From Mobula hypostoma (lineage: Eukaryota), in NCBI RefSeq assembly GCF_963921235.1, contig NC_086107.1:105092001-105156000 (forward strand): a stretch of DNA of 64,000 bases, in the 5' to 3' direction. The notes under the pieces are model-generated. The model saw nothing but the letters and a program-made list of their open reading frames with translations, did no database searches and had not been told where the DNA came from. The translations under genes and the position numbers were made by a program. Shown piece by piece: positions 14,490-27,583 of this stretch; within the stretch, counting starts at the first letter, position 1, and each line of letters opens with the position of its first letter.

Positions 14490-14570
14490 CCTGGTGCCGG
14501 TCCCTTTAAATCCAGGATCGTAGTGCCGCGGTGACCGCTGGGATCACCATAGCAACTGAAACGCCAACAT
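14490..14570 (+). promoter_or_regulatory. CpG-enriched promoter/5' region of the CCDC96-like gene with an RFX X-box-like site (14543-14556)
   Basis: Local CpG enrichment at about 14490-15080. ATCACCATAGCAAC has a perfect RGCAAC half-site 12 nt before a strong Kozak ATG (gccaacATGG). Confidence 0.6.
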
Positions 14571-14586
14571 GGTGAAGTTAAGTGAG
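14569..14586 (+). CDS. CCDC96: CCDC96/CFAP184-like, proposed first coding exon (MVKLSE)
   Basis: Kozak gccaacATGG and donor GAG|gtaaat. Phase 0 fits the next exon. Sits in a CpG-rich region with an X-box. Confidence 0.6.
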
Positions 14587-15393
14587 GTAAATATGAGTTG
14601 CGCGTAGTTTACTGAGTTTTAATCTCGATAATTCTTTCAGACGGAAACTAAGGTAGTTCCGATTACAAATTAACGATTCCAACTTTTTATCCGAACTTCG
14701 ATCTAACAGGTATAGTCAAATCTGTCCTGTTGCAGGGTTTCGACCCGGAATGTCGTCAAATCTTCTTCCCCCACAGATGCTGTTCAACCCACTTCGTACC
14801 CCCGGCAGGTTCTGTGTTGATCCGATTTCAGCATCTGGTGTCTCCATCATCAAATCTGCGCCTTATTTACAAGCTTAACGAGGCCCCGGTTGAGATCCCG
14901 CCCTAAGAACTCAGCTATTGGTTTATGAACATGTTAGTCAAAGTAATCCCACCCTTTCTTAATAGTCATTGGGTCTTAATTGTGATTGACATGAGATTTC
15001 GTACTCTGATTGGCGATCTGGACCAGTTCTATTTCATTCGGAAATAGGCGCTTCGGTCCCTTGAGTCCCGTTCGGCCATAAAACACCCTAATCCTGGACT
15101 GATCTCAGTTTATTTTCCATATATTCTTATTAATTCCTCTTGACTAAGGGACAGACTGGTATAAGTATATAAAATCATGAGGCATTGACGAGGGGGTAGT
15201 CAAATCACAAAGAGAAAATCTGCAGATGCTGGAAATCCGAGCAATACACACAAAATGCTGGCGGAACTCGAAACGTCGACGAGACTCTTTTCCATTGATG
15301 CCGCCTGGCCTGCTGAGTTCCTCCAGCATTTTGTGTATGTTGACGAGGTGGTAGAGATGTTTTCTCAGGGTAAAAATGTCAAATGCAAGAGGG

Positions 15394-15859
15394 TGGCCAT
15401 GTCTGGGAATGCCTGGGTAGCCTCCAACCTGATGGCATGAACATTGACTTCTCTAACTTCCACTAATGCCCCACCTCCCCCTCGTACCCCATCCGTTATT
15501 TATTTATATACACACATTCTTTCTCTCTCTCTCCTTTTTCTCCCTCTGTCCCTCTGACTATACCCCTTGCCCATCCTCTGGGTTTTTCTGCCCTCCCCCT
15601 TGTCCTTCTCCCTGGGCCTCCTGTCCCATGATCCTCTCATATCCCTTTTGCCAATCACCTGTCCAGCTCTTGGCTCCATCCCTCCCCCTCCCGTCTTCTC
15701 CTATCATTTCGGATCTCCCCCTCCCCCACCCACTTTCAAATCTCTTACTAGCTCTTCCTTCAGTTAGTCCTGACGAAGGACCAAAACGTCGACTGTACCT
15801 CTTCCTAGAGATGCTGCCTGGCCTGCTGCGTTCACCAGCAACTTTGATGTGTGTTGCTT
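15394..15859 (+). mobile_element. Penelope-like element (family A) 3' end with terminal repeat
   Basis: Encodes LGSLQPDGMNIDFSNFH* (PLE GIY-YIG ORF C-terminus), then a pyrimidine-rich UTR and a decayed hammerhead motif. 13-bp TSD AAATGCAAGAGGG. Confidence 0.8.
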
Positions 15860-17444
15860 AAATGCAAGAGGGCATAGCTCTAAGGTGTGTATTTCACACG
15901 GAGAATGTATATGCCTCAATGCGCTTCCTGGGTGTGGATGGGATCATAACGGTGTTTAGGAGGCATTTAGAAAGACACGCGAACGTGCAGAGAATGGAGT
16001 GATGTGGATCGTGCAGCTAAACAGATTTATTGTAATTTGGTATCATGGTAGATGCAGACATAATGGGCCGAAGGACTTGTTTCTATGGTACACGTGACAA
16101 TAGTAAACCTTTTCCGGTTCCAGTTCTACTTTTGTCATTCACCTTCACACAAGGGGCCAATCTACCAACGCGCACATTTTTGGGATGTAGAAGGAAACGG
16201 GAAAACCTGGAGGAAACTCCTGCAAACTCCACACAGACAGCATCACAGCTCAGGATTGAACCTGGAGTGCTGGAGCTGTGTGGAACAAGTGTCATGTGGT
16301 CCAATGATTTCACACTATGTGACCCAAACTAATTAGTCCCACCCTACCACCCTCTCTGCAGATATTTAACAACCTCACATTTTCCAAATTTGGAAATCTA
16401 TGAACTCTGAGGATAATAATAAATTTCACAGAGGTATAGCCAAGCTGGTGGAACAGGCAAGTAATTTGCAGATGAAATTTAATAGAGATGAATATGAAGG
16501 GGAGAGAATATAAATGAACTAGAACAATTCTGGAATGAGTACAACAATTGGAGATTTGGGAGCATAGTGCATAGTGTGCCGAGAAAGTGATTCAGGACTA
16601 GACGGGAGGCACAAAAGGATTCAGAAATAAATGATGAGACACAGAAGACAAAAGATCCTGGAATTTGGATCGAAATACAAACTAAGGGAGGAACTCAGCA
16701 TGTCAAGCAGCAACTGTGGAGGCACTATCTGGCGGGGTGGGGTGGGGTGGTGGGGTAGCTACAGCACAGGATCAAAATAAACTGTCGAGAGTTGTAAACG
16801 TAGTCAGCTCTATCATGGGCACTAGCCTCCGTAGTATCCAGGACGTTTGCAAGGAGTGATGCCTCATAAAGGTGGCATTCATCATTAAGGACCCCATCAC
16901 ACAGATCACGCCTTGTTCTCATTGCTACCATCAGGAAGGAGGTACAGAAGCCTGAAGGCACACACTCAGTGATTCAGGAACAACTTCTTCCCCCCACAGC
17001 CATCTGATTCCTAAATGGACATTGAACCCATGAACACTACCGCATTACTTTTTTATTTCTTATTTTACACTACTTATTTCATTTAACCAATGTATATATA
17101 CTTACTGTAATTCACAGTTTTCTCTATTATTATGTACTGCATTGTACTGCTGCCACAAAGACAACAAATTTTGTGACATATACTGGTGATATTAAACCTG
17201 ATTCTGATTCAGTGTTTCAGGTTGAGACTCCATGTAAGGACGTGATCAAAGGGATGTCCTTACAAATGCTTCTTGATCTGCTGAGTTTCTCCAGAAGTTT
17301 TCTTTCTGTTTTATAAATTCAACACACCTTCAGAAGTGTGCTGAGGCTGGCTATTGCAATGGTCAAGACGCCAATGAACTGGAAGCTTTTTATATCTGTA
17401 GTGTCCTAGTCCTCTGACATGTTCATTTTTTTTCTCTCTAATAG

Positions 17445-17481
17445 CAGCAGACAGGAACAAACCAAAACTACTTGAAGGAAG
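17445..17481 (+). CDS. CCDC96: CCDC96-like proposed exon 2 (QQTGTNQNYLKE)
   Basis: Strong polypyrimidine tract plus tag acceptor, donor AAG|gtgagt. Phase 0 to 1 links exon 1 to exon 3. Confidence 0.6.
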
Positions 17482-18759
17482 GTGAGTTTGCTGTCCAAAC
17501 CCGGAGTCGTAAAAATGGGCTTGCTAATTATATTTCTGTCAAGGTTCAAGATTCACAATTGTTTAATGTCATTTCCAGTGAAGGAGAATGAAAATCATTG
17601 CTATTCTGGATGTTCAGGGATTCCTGTGGATAGTTTTCTCCCGGTAATATTCATGATATATTATTGTTGGAAGCACAATTCCTGCCGGAAAATTGTCAAA
17701 TCCATCAATGAGTTTATGCATAACCTGTAAAAAATGGAAAATTAATAATTAATAATCAAATTAAATGGTGATTGTTTCGAGAAGGCCAACCATGCCACCG
17801 AGGATTTCTGCTCTTCAAGTAGTGCTGCTGGATCAAGGGGACGTAGCATTTCAGTTATAGCATCCAGAACCTGGCACCTTCACTCTCCAACTTCTGAATT
17901 ACATTCAACCTAGATTGCATTCTCAGCTGTGATATAAGTCTTCTGCAATTTTCTGTCCTCTCTTCTCTCATGACTATGAATCAAACTGCTGGAGGAACCG
18001 AGTGGGTCAAGCAGCATCTGTGGGGAGAGAAGAGTTGTCCATGTACTGGGCTGCGACCCTACATTGGGACCGAGAGTGGTGCGGGAATGTAGCCAGCACA
18101 GAAAGGAAAAGGGAAAGGGGGCCAGGAGATGATAGGCGGATCACGGAGAGGTGAAGAATGGTGGACAGAAGGAAGCAGGTGAAGGGAGGGCTGAGTGGGG
18201 GCAGAGGCTGAAGCAGGGACACAAAGGCTACGTGCTGGAGTCTGATAAATACAGAGGTGATAATGGGACCCTTTGTGGGAGAGATGGAAGGCAGATAGAA
18301 CCAGGTAGGGAAGGGGATCTGATAATTCCTTTCCTCTCACAGATGTCGCTCACACTGCCGAGTCATTTCAGTAGTAGATTCCAAAATCTGCAGTCTCTTG
18401 TGTATTCAGGAAGGGATTTACTTTGTCCAATTAATGAAAAAGTCTGTATTTAACTACAGGACTGTATATGTTTCTTTTATTAATCATGTATGGGCATCAT
18501 GGCAAGATCAGCATGTACGATCTGCCCTTGAAAAGGTGAGCTACCTTCTTGATCTGCTGCAGTACTCCCATTGTACTATTGGCTGAGAAGTTTCAGGATA
18601 TGAACCAAGTGACAGTGCAGGAAGGACGATACGTTCTCAAATGAGGAGAGTAATCAGCAGGGTCATTGCTGTTACCATGAACCTGGCTTCCATGTCTTGG
18701 TGCTGGCAGTCTTGGGTTGGCAAGATGGTGTGCAGAATAGCTGGCCAAGTGGTTGTGGG

Positions 18760-19170
18760 CAGGTTGGAAGTTGGAGGCAAAATTGATGGGATTAACGAGC
18801 TCAGCATGGGAGGAGGAGGTAGCATCAATGCAGTCTTTGGTGTAGCAGAGAAAGAGTTGGGGAGGATTACCAGTGTAGACTTGTAACATGGACTGTTTCA
18901 CATGGATGACACAGTGGCAGGCATAGCTGGGGCCCATGTGAGTGCCTATGGCCATGCCTTTAATTTGGAAAGAATGGGAGGAGCTGAAGGAGAAATTGTT
19001 GAGTGAGAACCAGCTCCACCAGATGGAGGAGGAGGGTGTTGAAGAGGAAATGGTTAGGTCTGTTGTCCAGAAAGAAGTGGAGAACACTAAGACCTTGCTG
19101 ATGTATGGGGACTGAATGCCCATAGTGATCAGGACCAGGGAATTGAAAGCAATTGAAATGATAGTTCATG
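18760..19170 (-). mobile_element. Penelope-like reverse transcriptase fragment
   Basis: LNNFSFSSSHSFQIKGMAIGTHMGPSYA resembles the PLE RT motif NxFxF...QxxGxAMG...PxxA. Frameshifted. Confidence 0.75.
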
Positions 19171-19502
19171 AGTGTGTTGCTGTAGGTGTGTTCCTGTAGG
19201 TGATTAAGTGCATTGCATTTTATGGACTTTGGTCAAAAACAGAGCAGTCGAATGTTTAGGGTGCTTGATGGTGTACTGATGAAATGGGCTGCTTTGTCCA
19301 GCCTGATGTGATGTTTCTTGTTGTACTCGTCTTGAGACCCTACCACTGATAGTGATGACATTGGGGGATGCATGAAGTGTGGAAGTGTTGTGTAACAGCA
19401 TGATCTTTATCGATGATACAATTAATTTAATATATATTAATTCTAACTTAACCTGGTTTCAAAGCACACTGTAAAAAAATGCTTTATTTTTGCTCACCTT
19501 AG

Positions 19503-19613
19503 ACCAAATTACTGAAGAAAATGAAGAAGAAACTGAGGCTGCTGGAGATTCACAGACACAAGAAATCCAGGCATCTGCTTCTGGAGCTCTTGGGCAGAAG
19601 GATGAACAGGAAG
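19503..19613 (+). CDS. CCDC96: CCDC96-like exon 3 (acidic N-terminal region)
   Basis: caccttag|AC ... AAG|gtgaga, 111 nt, phase 1-1. DQITEENEEETEAAGDSQTQEIQASASGALGQKDEQE. Confidence 0.75.
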
Positions 19614-20067
19614 GTGAGAAGAAGTGTGATTTTTGGCTGAAAATCATGATCTGGCCAGTTGACCTACCAACCTGCTCGTCTTTAAGGTGTGAGAGGAACC
19701 TGGACAATCTGGAGCAACCCAAGAAGCCATAGGGCGAGCGTTCGGACTCCACACCGACAGCACCAGAGGGCAGGACTGAAACTCTGGTTGCTGGGATTGT
19801 GAAGCAGGAGCACTACTAACCATGCCACTGTGCTGTCCTAATGTCACATTACAGATTGACTATCGCGTCTGAAACTAAAGAAATGTTTATGGGAAGCGGC
19901 GGGAAATTAAGGAAGTTCCCCCTAATTCCCTTAATTAAAAGAAAATCCCATAGTCTTCCTGCCTTAGGTAAGGAGAGGCACTGATACTAGTCGGGGAGGA
20001 ATTCTTGGTATATACTTTATTTTTAAGCTGGTAATTATATATTCAGCCCAGGTGCTATTCAACGCTG

Positions 20068-20860
20068 CTGGCAGATGCAGTTTAATGTGGATAAATACTT
20101 TGGTGGCAAGAACGGGAAGGCAGATTACTATCTGAATGGTGTCAAGTTAGGAAAAGGGGAAGTACAACGAGATCTAGGTGTCCTTGTTCATCAATCACTG
20201 AAAGTAAGCATGCAGGTACAGCAAGCAGTGAAGAAAGCTAATGGCATGCTGGCCTTCATAACAAGGGGAGTTGAGTATAGGAGCAAAGAGGTCCTTCTGC
20301 AGTTGTACAGGGCCCTGGTGAGACCACACCTGGAATACTGTGTACAGTTTTGGTCTTCAAATTTGAGAAAGTGCAGCGTAGGTTCACGAGGTTAATTCCC
20401 AGGATGGTGGGACTGTCATATGTTGAAATATTGGAGTGACTGGGCTTGTATACACTGGAATTTAGAAGGATGAGAGGGGATCTGATTGAAAGATATAAGA
20501 TTATTAAGGGATTGGACACGCTAGAGGCAGAAAACATGTTCCCGATGTTGGGGGAGTCCAGGACCAGAGGCCACAGTTTAAGAATAAAGGGTAGACAATT
20601 TAGAACAGAGTTGAGGAAAAACTTTTTCACACAGAGGGTTGTGGTTCTGTGGAATGCTCTGCCTCAGAAGGCAGTGGAGGCTAATTCTCCGGATTCTTTC
20701 AAGGAAGAGTTAGATAGAGCTCTTAAAGATAGCGGAGTGAAGGGTTATGGGGAGAAGGCAGGAACAGGGTACTGATTGTGGATGATCAGCCATGATCACA
20801 GTGAATGGCGGTGCTGGCTCGAAGGGCTGAATGGCCTACTCCTGCACCTATTGTCTATTG
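20068..20860 (+). mobile_element. CR1 LINE 3' fragment
   Basis: MQFNVDK...LYRALVRPHLEYCVQFW and FFTQRVVVLWNALP, with a (CTATTGT)n-like tail. Confidence 0.9.
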
Positions 20861-20892
20861 AAAGCATATAATGTTCTTTTTTCACATTTCAG

Positions 20893-21062
20893 AGATCCCA
20901 CAAGAGGAGGAAGAACAGGTGGATATAGACAAAATAATTGCTGATGACGAGGTGATGGAAGCCATTCTGAATCCTGGCAGTGAAGAAACTTCCCACGAAG
21001 TTCCAGAAACTAAAGGCGATGGAACACCGCTATTAGGCAGAGAAAGTGAACTGAGCATCTAT
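20893..21062 (+). CDS. CCDC96: CCDC96-like exon 4 (acidic); donor ambiguous, 21062 or 21066
   Basis: catttcag|AG acceptor. EIPQEEEEQVDIDKIIADDEVMEAILNPGSEETSHEVPETKGDGTPLLGRESELSIY. Donor TAT|gtgggt keeps frame with the exon at 30268; donor G|gtatgt would require an extra exon. Confidence 0.72.
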
Positions 21063-23619
21063 GTGGGTATGTTTGCCTTCGAGAGTATGAATGAGAGAGC
21101 AATCAGAAACCTGGTTATCCCTAGATGGTGCAGTAATACAATTGACTGAGTGCATTACCTCCTATGTGAGAGTTTTTCATCTCTGCCTTGGTTATCAAGC
21201 ACCAGCATGGTATTTGTGTTTGGTGGGGGCGGGGGGGCGGGGGAAGAATGGAGTGACTGAATTTGTTGTTTCTATTGAATACGCTTGTTCTTTTCGAGAG
21301 CAGACTGAAACCAGAGCTGTAACAAATAAGGAATTATCCCAGAAATAGAGTGAATTGGCATCCTTAAAGGAAACAAAAATGAAATGGGAGCAGAAGTTTA
21401 AATATATTTAGAATTAGACAGCAGTTACCGCAGAAAGCATTTTCCGTTCATTTTGATTTTAGTTCACTGCCTTAAGCTTATGAATTGTATAAGGTCCTAA
21501 GAGTACACAGTGAATTAAGCTTCAACATGTGAGAAAATGACAAATTACGAAATAGTACTTAAAATTCTGTGGAATTCTCTGCCCAGGAAAGCAGTTGAGG
21601 CTTCCTCACTAAATATATTTAAGAATCAGTTCGATATGTTTTTACGTAGTAAGGGAATTAAGGGTTACGGGGAAAAGGCAGGTGGATGGATCTGAGTTTA
21701 CGGACAGATCAGCCATGATCTTATTGAATGTCAGGGGCAGGCTCGATGGGCCGGATGGCCGACTCCTGCTCCTATTTCTTATGTTCTTATGTTATTATGT
21801 TCAATGGTTTTAATCTGTAAAGTTGTAAGGAGCATGGTTTAATTGATACGGTTTGTGGGTTGCGGACTGAAACATGTTATGATGTGTTTCTGGTTTCTGC
21901 TTGCTCCTTTTTTTGTTGCTAGTTTGGGCGATTTTGAATCGGGGCTGACTGCAGATAAGAAACACTGAGCTGAACTGAAATATGCCTTTTGATTTTGCTT
22001 TTTATATTCTGTTTCGTGCTTTTTTTGTTGCTGTTGTGCATTGGGGTGGTGTGGGGATTTGATGTTTTTTCTCTTTGAACGGGGTCCATGGTCCTTCTTG
22101 TTTGGTGGCTGCCTGTGGGAATCTCAGGGCTTTATGCTGTATATGTACTTTGAATCTTTGCATTGGTGGAGGTTAAATAAGGTCATGAATTCAGTAGGAC
22201 AGATGGATAGAAAAGCAAGAGAGAATGGGGGTGGTAGGGGTGAGTCTTGATTTTGATTTAGTTAAACTGAACAAAGAAGAAAAATATGTAGGGATGAGGA
22301 GGAGCGAATAAAGTACCTTTGAATTGATCAACTTTTCACTGCTTGTGTACTTGGAATATTTTATTTTTCTAAAAGCTGCAATCTTAATTGCCTGTTTTCA
22401 ATTTAATAGAACAAGAAAAAACAGAACCCTTGCAACTGGCTATTACAATAATTCCTGTGAGTACCCATTCCTCTCTTACAAAAATATTAGGGGAATTAAA
22501 TTGTGGGGAATAAGGCTGGTGAACTGTTGACATGATGCTGAGTTACATCGTCAGTGATGTAACCTGGGGTCATACAGTGTTTCGGGTCTTTCAGCATCAG
22601 ATACCCTCGCCCAGGTGACCCAGCCAGGGTTGATCAGGCCTTGGCTTGTGTCCCAGCAGCACTGGTCCAAAGGTTACACCTTTTGATCCATAGCCATCTG
22701 GAGGCTCGCTTAGCAATCTCTGTGACAATCCTGATGACTCTTTTCTTTGCAGCCCCCATAATGTCAAGGAGAGAGTAGATTCTAAACAGTGAGCAGCCAG
22801 CAAACCTCTACACCCCACCTCTATAGGCTAGTATCGTGCCCTTCACCCCTGCCTCTGCCACTGCTCTACCAGCTCCTGGTATTTGGCTTTTTTAACGTTC
22901 AGATGCCTGCTCTATCTGGTCTTCCCAAGGCACCATCAGTCTACCATGACCACCTGCTTCGAGGTTTCTAACAGAGTGACCATGTCAGGCCTCAGTGATG
23001 ATGATGCGATGATGTCAGGGAACTTTAATTGCTTGCCAAGATAGGCTTTCAGTTGCCGGACAGGCACTGTGGCGAAAAAGCCTGCTGGTAATCTGGGCTG
23101 AGGCTATGGTTGGTCTCCAGCTTTGACCAAGGCTTTCTGGGTTGGCAGAGGTGCCTACTGTTGTTAGTGGCCGAGGAGCTACTTTCTTCCACTGCCAGTG
23201 GTGGCGACCTTCTCCCAGGGCTTTTAGGCAGCCGTACTGCAGTTGGATGCATTGGCGATTGAAATGATAATGACAAGGGTCAGGTTAAAAATATCAGCAA
23301 ATGCCAGGGTGAATAGCAAACATTCAAAGGGGAGGTGAACATTAAGTGAGATGAAGCGTGCGCGCGAGAATCAGAATCAGAATCTGGTTTGATGTCACCG
23401 ACTTGCGTTGCAAGATTTGTCGTCTTTGCAGCAGCACATTGCAATACTTAATTAAAAAGAAAGTAGTGAAGTAGTGTTCATGGGTTCAATGTCCATTCAG
23501 AAATCTAATGGCAGAGGGGAAGAAGCTGTTCCTGAATCGTTGAGTGTGTGACTTTAGGCTCCTGTACCTCCTTCCTGACGGTAGCAATGAGAACAAGGCA
23601 TAACCCGGATGATGGATGG

Positions 23620-24660
23620 TTTTTAAAAGATTAGCTGCCAACATAAATGGGAATCCTAAAGTATTTCATTGGCATACAAAAAGCAAACAGAGTATAAAAC
23701 AGAGTGGTAACGGTATATGGAAGTGTAGGGCCCATTAACAAACAAAAATGGGAACTTTCAGATAAGGAGGAGGTCATGGTTAAGGATCTGAATGAGTATT
23801 GTCTTCACCAGGGAAGAGTGTGCTTCCAAAGTAACTTTGAAGGAGTAGATGGTTGAATCTCTAGATATGTTGAAAATTGAATCCATGGAGATATTGGAAA
23901 AGCCTTTCCTAGGATTCCTTTCCTTACTCTTGTTGAGAAGTAACTCAACAAGATCCTAAGATTCGAGGAGGAAATCATGTGGGCACTGACCATAATCTTT
24001 TAATGCTCTTTGGATAAGTTGTGGTGGTAGATAACTGGGGAATAATGAATGTTCCTCCTTCAATCAGGAAAACAATGGAACAAAAAAAGCCCAACAACTA
24101 AAGGCTAGCCTGCTTAACCTCCCAGTGTGAGGTTATGTTTCTCAGAATTCATACTTTGGAAAGCACAACAGGATTAATAATCACCAGGGATTAATTCAGG
24201 GGAAACTGTGTTTAATCAATTTGGCAGAGAATTTTGAGGAGAAGCAGAAAGAACTGAAGAAGGTAATGTAATGGATATGATGTACATGAACTTCAGGTTT
24301 TTAATAGGGTACCACATACCAGGTTCATCAGAAATTTAAAAGCTCATTGGTTGTGCCGTATTCTCTAGTCCTCAGGATCTTCATCAAAGAGAACATCCTA
24401 CCATAATCCACTCTGCCCACATCACACATCTTCATCATATTTCTATCAGATCTCCCTTTAGACTCTTTGGGTTTGGAGGTGACTAAAGAGAAGACGGCAG
24501 AGTGTAGTGGTTAACAATTTTTTTGGTCTGGACAAAAAGAAAATAGCGGCATTCCCCAGGGATTGATATTAGGGCCATTGCTATTTTTTGATCTCTATTA
24601 ATGACCTAGACTTCGGAGTGCTTGGCAAATGTTCTAAGTTTGCAGATGACTTGAAACTTA
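23620..24660 (+). mobile_element. Old, degenerate CR1 reverse-transcriptase region
   Basis: Decayed equivalents of the CR1 RT motifs (GPLLF, SKFADD at about 24630) with many stops. Confidence 0.65.
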
Positions 24661-25199
24661 GCAGTGCAGGCTCGAGGAACGAGCTCCGATGAACCTCCCC
24701 GAGTTAACAAATCGGTGATACTGGAGTTTGAGGCCAAATGTTTGGGGTTCCATCAACGGTGAGTCTAGAGATCCTAGTGTTTGGTGATCAGCTTGTCTTG
24801 GGATCAATGCCATGGATTGAAGCCCAGGGGTCAAGCCAGAAGTCCAGAAATCAATGCTCGTTGTCTGCAAATCTTTCTGAAATCCGCTGGAGAAGTTGAA
24901 TCCCAGTGACTGCAGGTCCGAGTCTGAGTCCGCTGGAGGTTAGAGACCGGAGGCCAGACCTGGGGTGGGGGAATGAAAAACTGTGTATTTACATGGGTAG
25001 GAGGGAGGAACAGGGATCGTTTTGTTCATTTTGTTTTGTTGTTTGTTATGTTCTGTGTTCTGTTGTCCATGGTGGGCAGGCTATGTTGGAGCCGGAATAT
25101 GTTGTGACACTTGCAAGGTACTCTCAGCACACCTTGGGTGCATTGATTGTTGATACAAATGAGACATTTCACTGTATGTTTTGATGTACATGTGATAAA

Positions 25200-25900
25200 C
25201 TTAGATAGATACATGGATACTTTGTAGGTCCCAAAGGAAATTACAGAGTCACAGGAGCATTACAAATGCACAGATATACAGTATTAGAATAGATGTAAGA
25301 CGAATAAATAAAAAATAAGTTATCTTAAACCGTTTAACAAGAGAGGAGGTTATCACTTTCCCGGCTATAGGTTGACTCATGGCTGAAGGTGTGGATGACC
25401 TCATATAGTGCTCTTTGGAGTAGTGCAGTTGTCTTGGTCTATTACTGTAAGTGCTCCTCTTTTCAGCCAAGGTGGCACACAGAGGGTGAGAAACATTGTC
25501 CAGAGTTGTCAGGATTTTCTGTAAAGTCCTTTGTTCTACCACAGCCTCTAGTGTGTCTATAGTGGCTCCTATAAACTTTCTAATCAGTTTATTGAGTCTG
25601 TTGGCATCACCTGTGTTGATGCCATTGCCACAGCACACCAGTGCATGGAAGATTGTACTGGTGACAGCAGACTGGTAGAACATGTGAAGGAGAGGTCTGC
25701 ATACTCCAAAGGACCTCAGTGTCCTCAGGAAGCAGAGGGGACTCTGGCCCTTCTTGTACACAGTCTCTGGGTTGTCTGTCATCCAGGTGCACCCCCAGGT
25801 ACTTGTAGGTCCTCACCACATCCACGTCCTCACCATCAATAGTAACAGGGAGCAGTGCAGGCTTAGACTTCCTGAAATCCATCACCATCTCCTTTGTCTT
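25200..25900 (-). mobile_element. Rex1/Babar-like LINE 3' fragment
   Basis: KTKEMVMDFRK...YKYLGVHLD...LRSFGV...FYQSAVTSTIF, a DUF1891-type C-terminus. Confidence 0.8.
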
Positions 25901-27241
25901 GAATATTGAATCTTGTACCTTATTGTGTGAAGATAATAGTGACAGGTTGTGGCAGCTATACAGGTCTTCCCCAATCTACGAAGCTAAACCTATGTACAAT
26001 CCATACATAACAGACTAGTGGGATGGATTTCTCATCTGCTGGGGGGCTGCAGGCAGCTTCTGCTGGGTAGATGTGTGGCATTTTGGTAGAAAGGATGAGG
26101 AAAGGCAACATAGAATAGAAGATCATGTTGAAATAGAGGAGAAGTTTGAGAAGGACCTGGGGATATAGGTGAACGTCACTGAAAGGCAGATTGAGGAAAT
26201 GGTTAATGAGGTACACACAATTTGGGACATTACCAACAAAGGCAATGAGTATAAAAGTGAGGAAGTAAACTTTTATAAAACAGTGGTCTAGCTTCAGCTG
26301 GAATTTTGTGTCCAATTCTAGTCACCATGTTACGTGAAAGCCTTTGGAGAGTGTCCAGAAAAGATTTTTGAGAATGATTCCTGGGATGAGGAACTGTGGT
26401 TACAAGGATAGCTTAGAGAGTGTGGGACTGCTTTCTTTGGAGAAGAGAAGGCTAAGGGGAGATCTGATTGAAGAAAATAAGATGATGTAGGGTCTGGACA
26501 GGGTAGACAATGGGAAGCAAAAGGAAATGCAGTTACCAGTATCTGGAGCACTGCTATGATATAGAGCTGGTGTAGGCAGGATGGGCTTGTATTTTGTAAT
26601 TCTACAATCTAAACATGTTAGTGTGTCTACGTTTATAATCAAATTTATAAGGGAAGATGCCTCAGTAGAATCAGAGTTCCACAGCATGGTAAAGGTCCTC
26701 CCACCCAACTCATCCATGCTGATCTAGGTACTTACTTGATCCAGTCCTATTTAGTTCCATTTAGTCCAAATTTCTCTAAACCTTCCCTCCCAATGTGCAC
26801 ATCCAGATATCTTTTAGACATTATAATTGTACCCACTTCTACCCCTTCGCCAGACAGCTCGTTCTATATACACACTACCCTCTGTGTGGAAAACTTCTTT
26901 CAGGTCCCTTTTCAGTTTTGCTCCTCTCACCTCAAACCAGTGCCCTCTAGTGTTAGTCTTTGTTGCCCTGGGAAACAAGACGGTGACAATTCACCTTACC
27001 TGTTCCTGTTATGATTTTTTTGTTCTCTATAAGGCTCCTTTGCTCCAGGGAAATCAGTCCCCCTCTATCCAGTCTCTCCTTAAAATTTAAGATGTCAAGT
27101 ACTTGCAACATCTTTGTAGGCCTTTCCTGCACCCTCTATAGCTTAATCACATTTTTCTTTTAGTATTTCAATCAGAATTACACAGAATACTACAATGTAG
27201 TCCACTAATGTCTTCTACAGCTAATGTTCCAACACTAATAC

Positions 27242-27583
27242 CTACTTACTGCCCGTTATGCTGTTGGCATTTAAGGCAACAATGAAGGTTCTCCATCTCT
27301 GTCTGTCCATACCGTTGCACACAGATATAGAAGGATTCTTCATCGCTGTTTCTGTAACAATTTCTTTTTGTCCAGTCAGGGTTGTCAGCCCTGAGCTGAA
27401 CCCCCAAACCTGGAGGACCAGTGGACCACTCTTAGTCTGACCTCTACCCTTTGACCTGTTTGGCATGGGTGACCCTACCAAGAGCCAAAGCACAAGGCTC
27501 TGTCTCCAGCCAACAGAACTCTCTGGATCATTGAGGCACGCAAGCTTCCAAACCCTATGGCAAGGTTGTGGTCCTCTTGGAGG
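27242..27583 (-). mobile_element. Non-autonomous RTE-derived short element (5' UTR fused to 3' end), copy 1
   Basis: Near-identical to 32790-33089 and 48432-48825. RTE/Expander-like 5' UTR joined to a DRQRWRTFIVAL-type RTE 3' end. Confidence 0.8.

Noticed and set aside
22262..22287. Possible extra CCDC96 micro-exon (VKLNKEEKY) bridging phase 1 to 0
   Set aside because: Weak donor (gtaggg), and the frame can be kept without it. Unsupported without RNA data.
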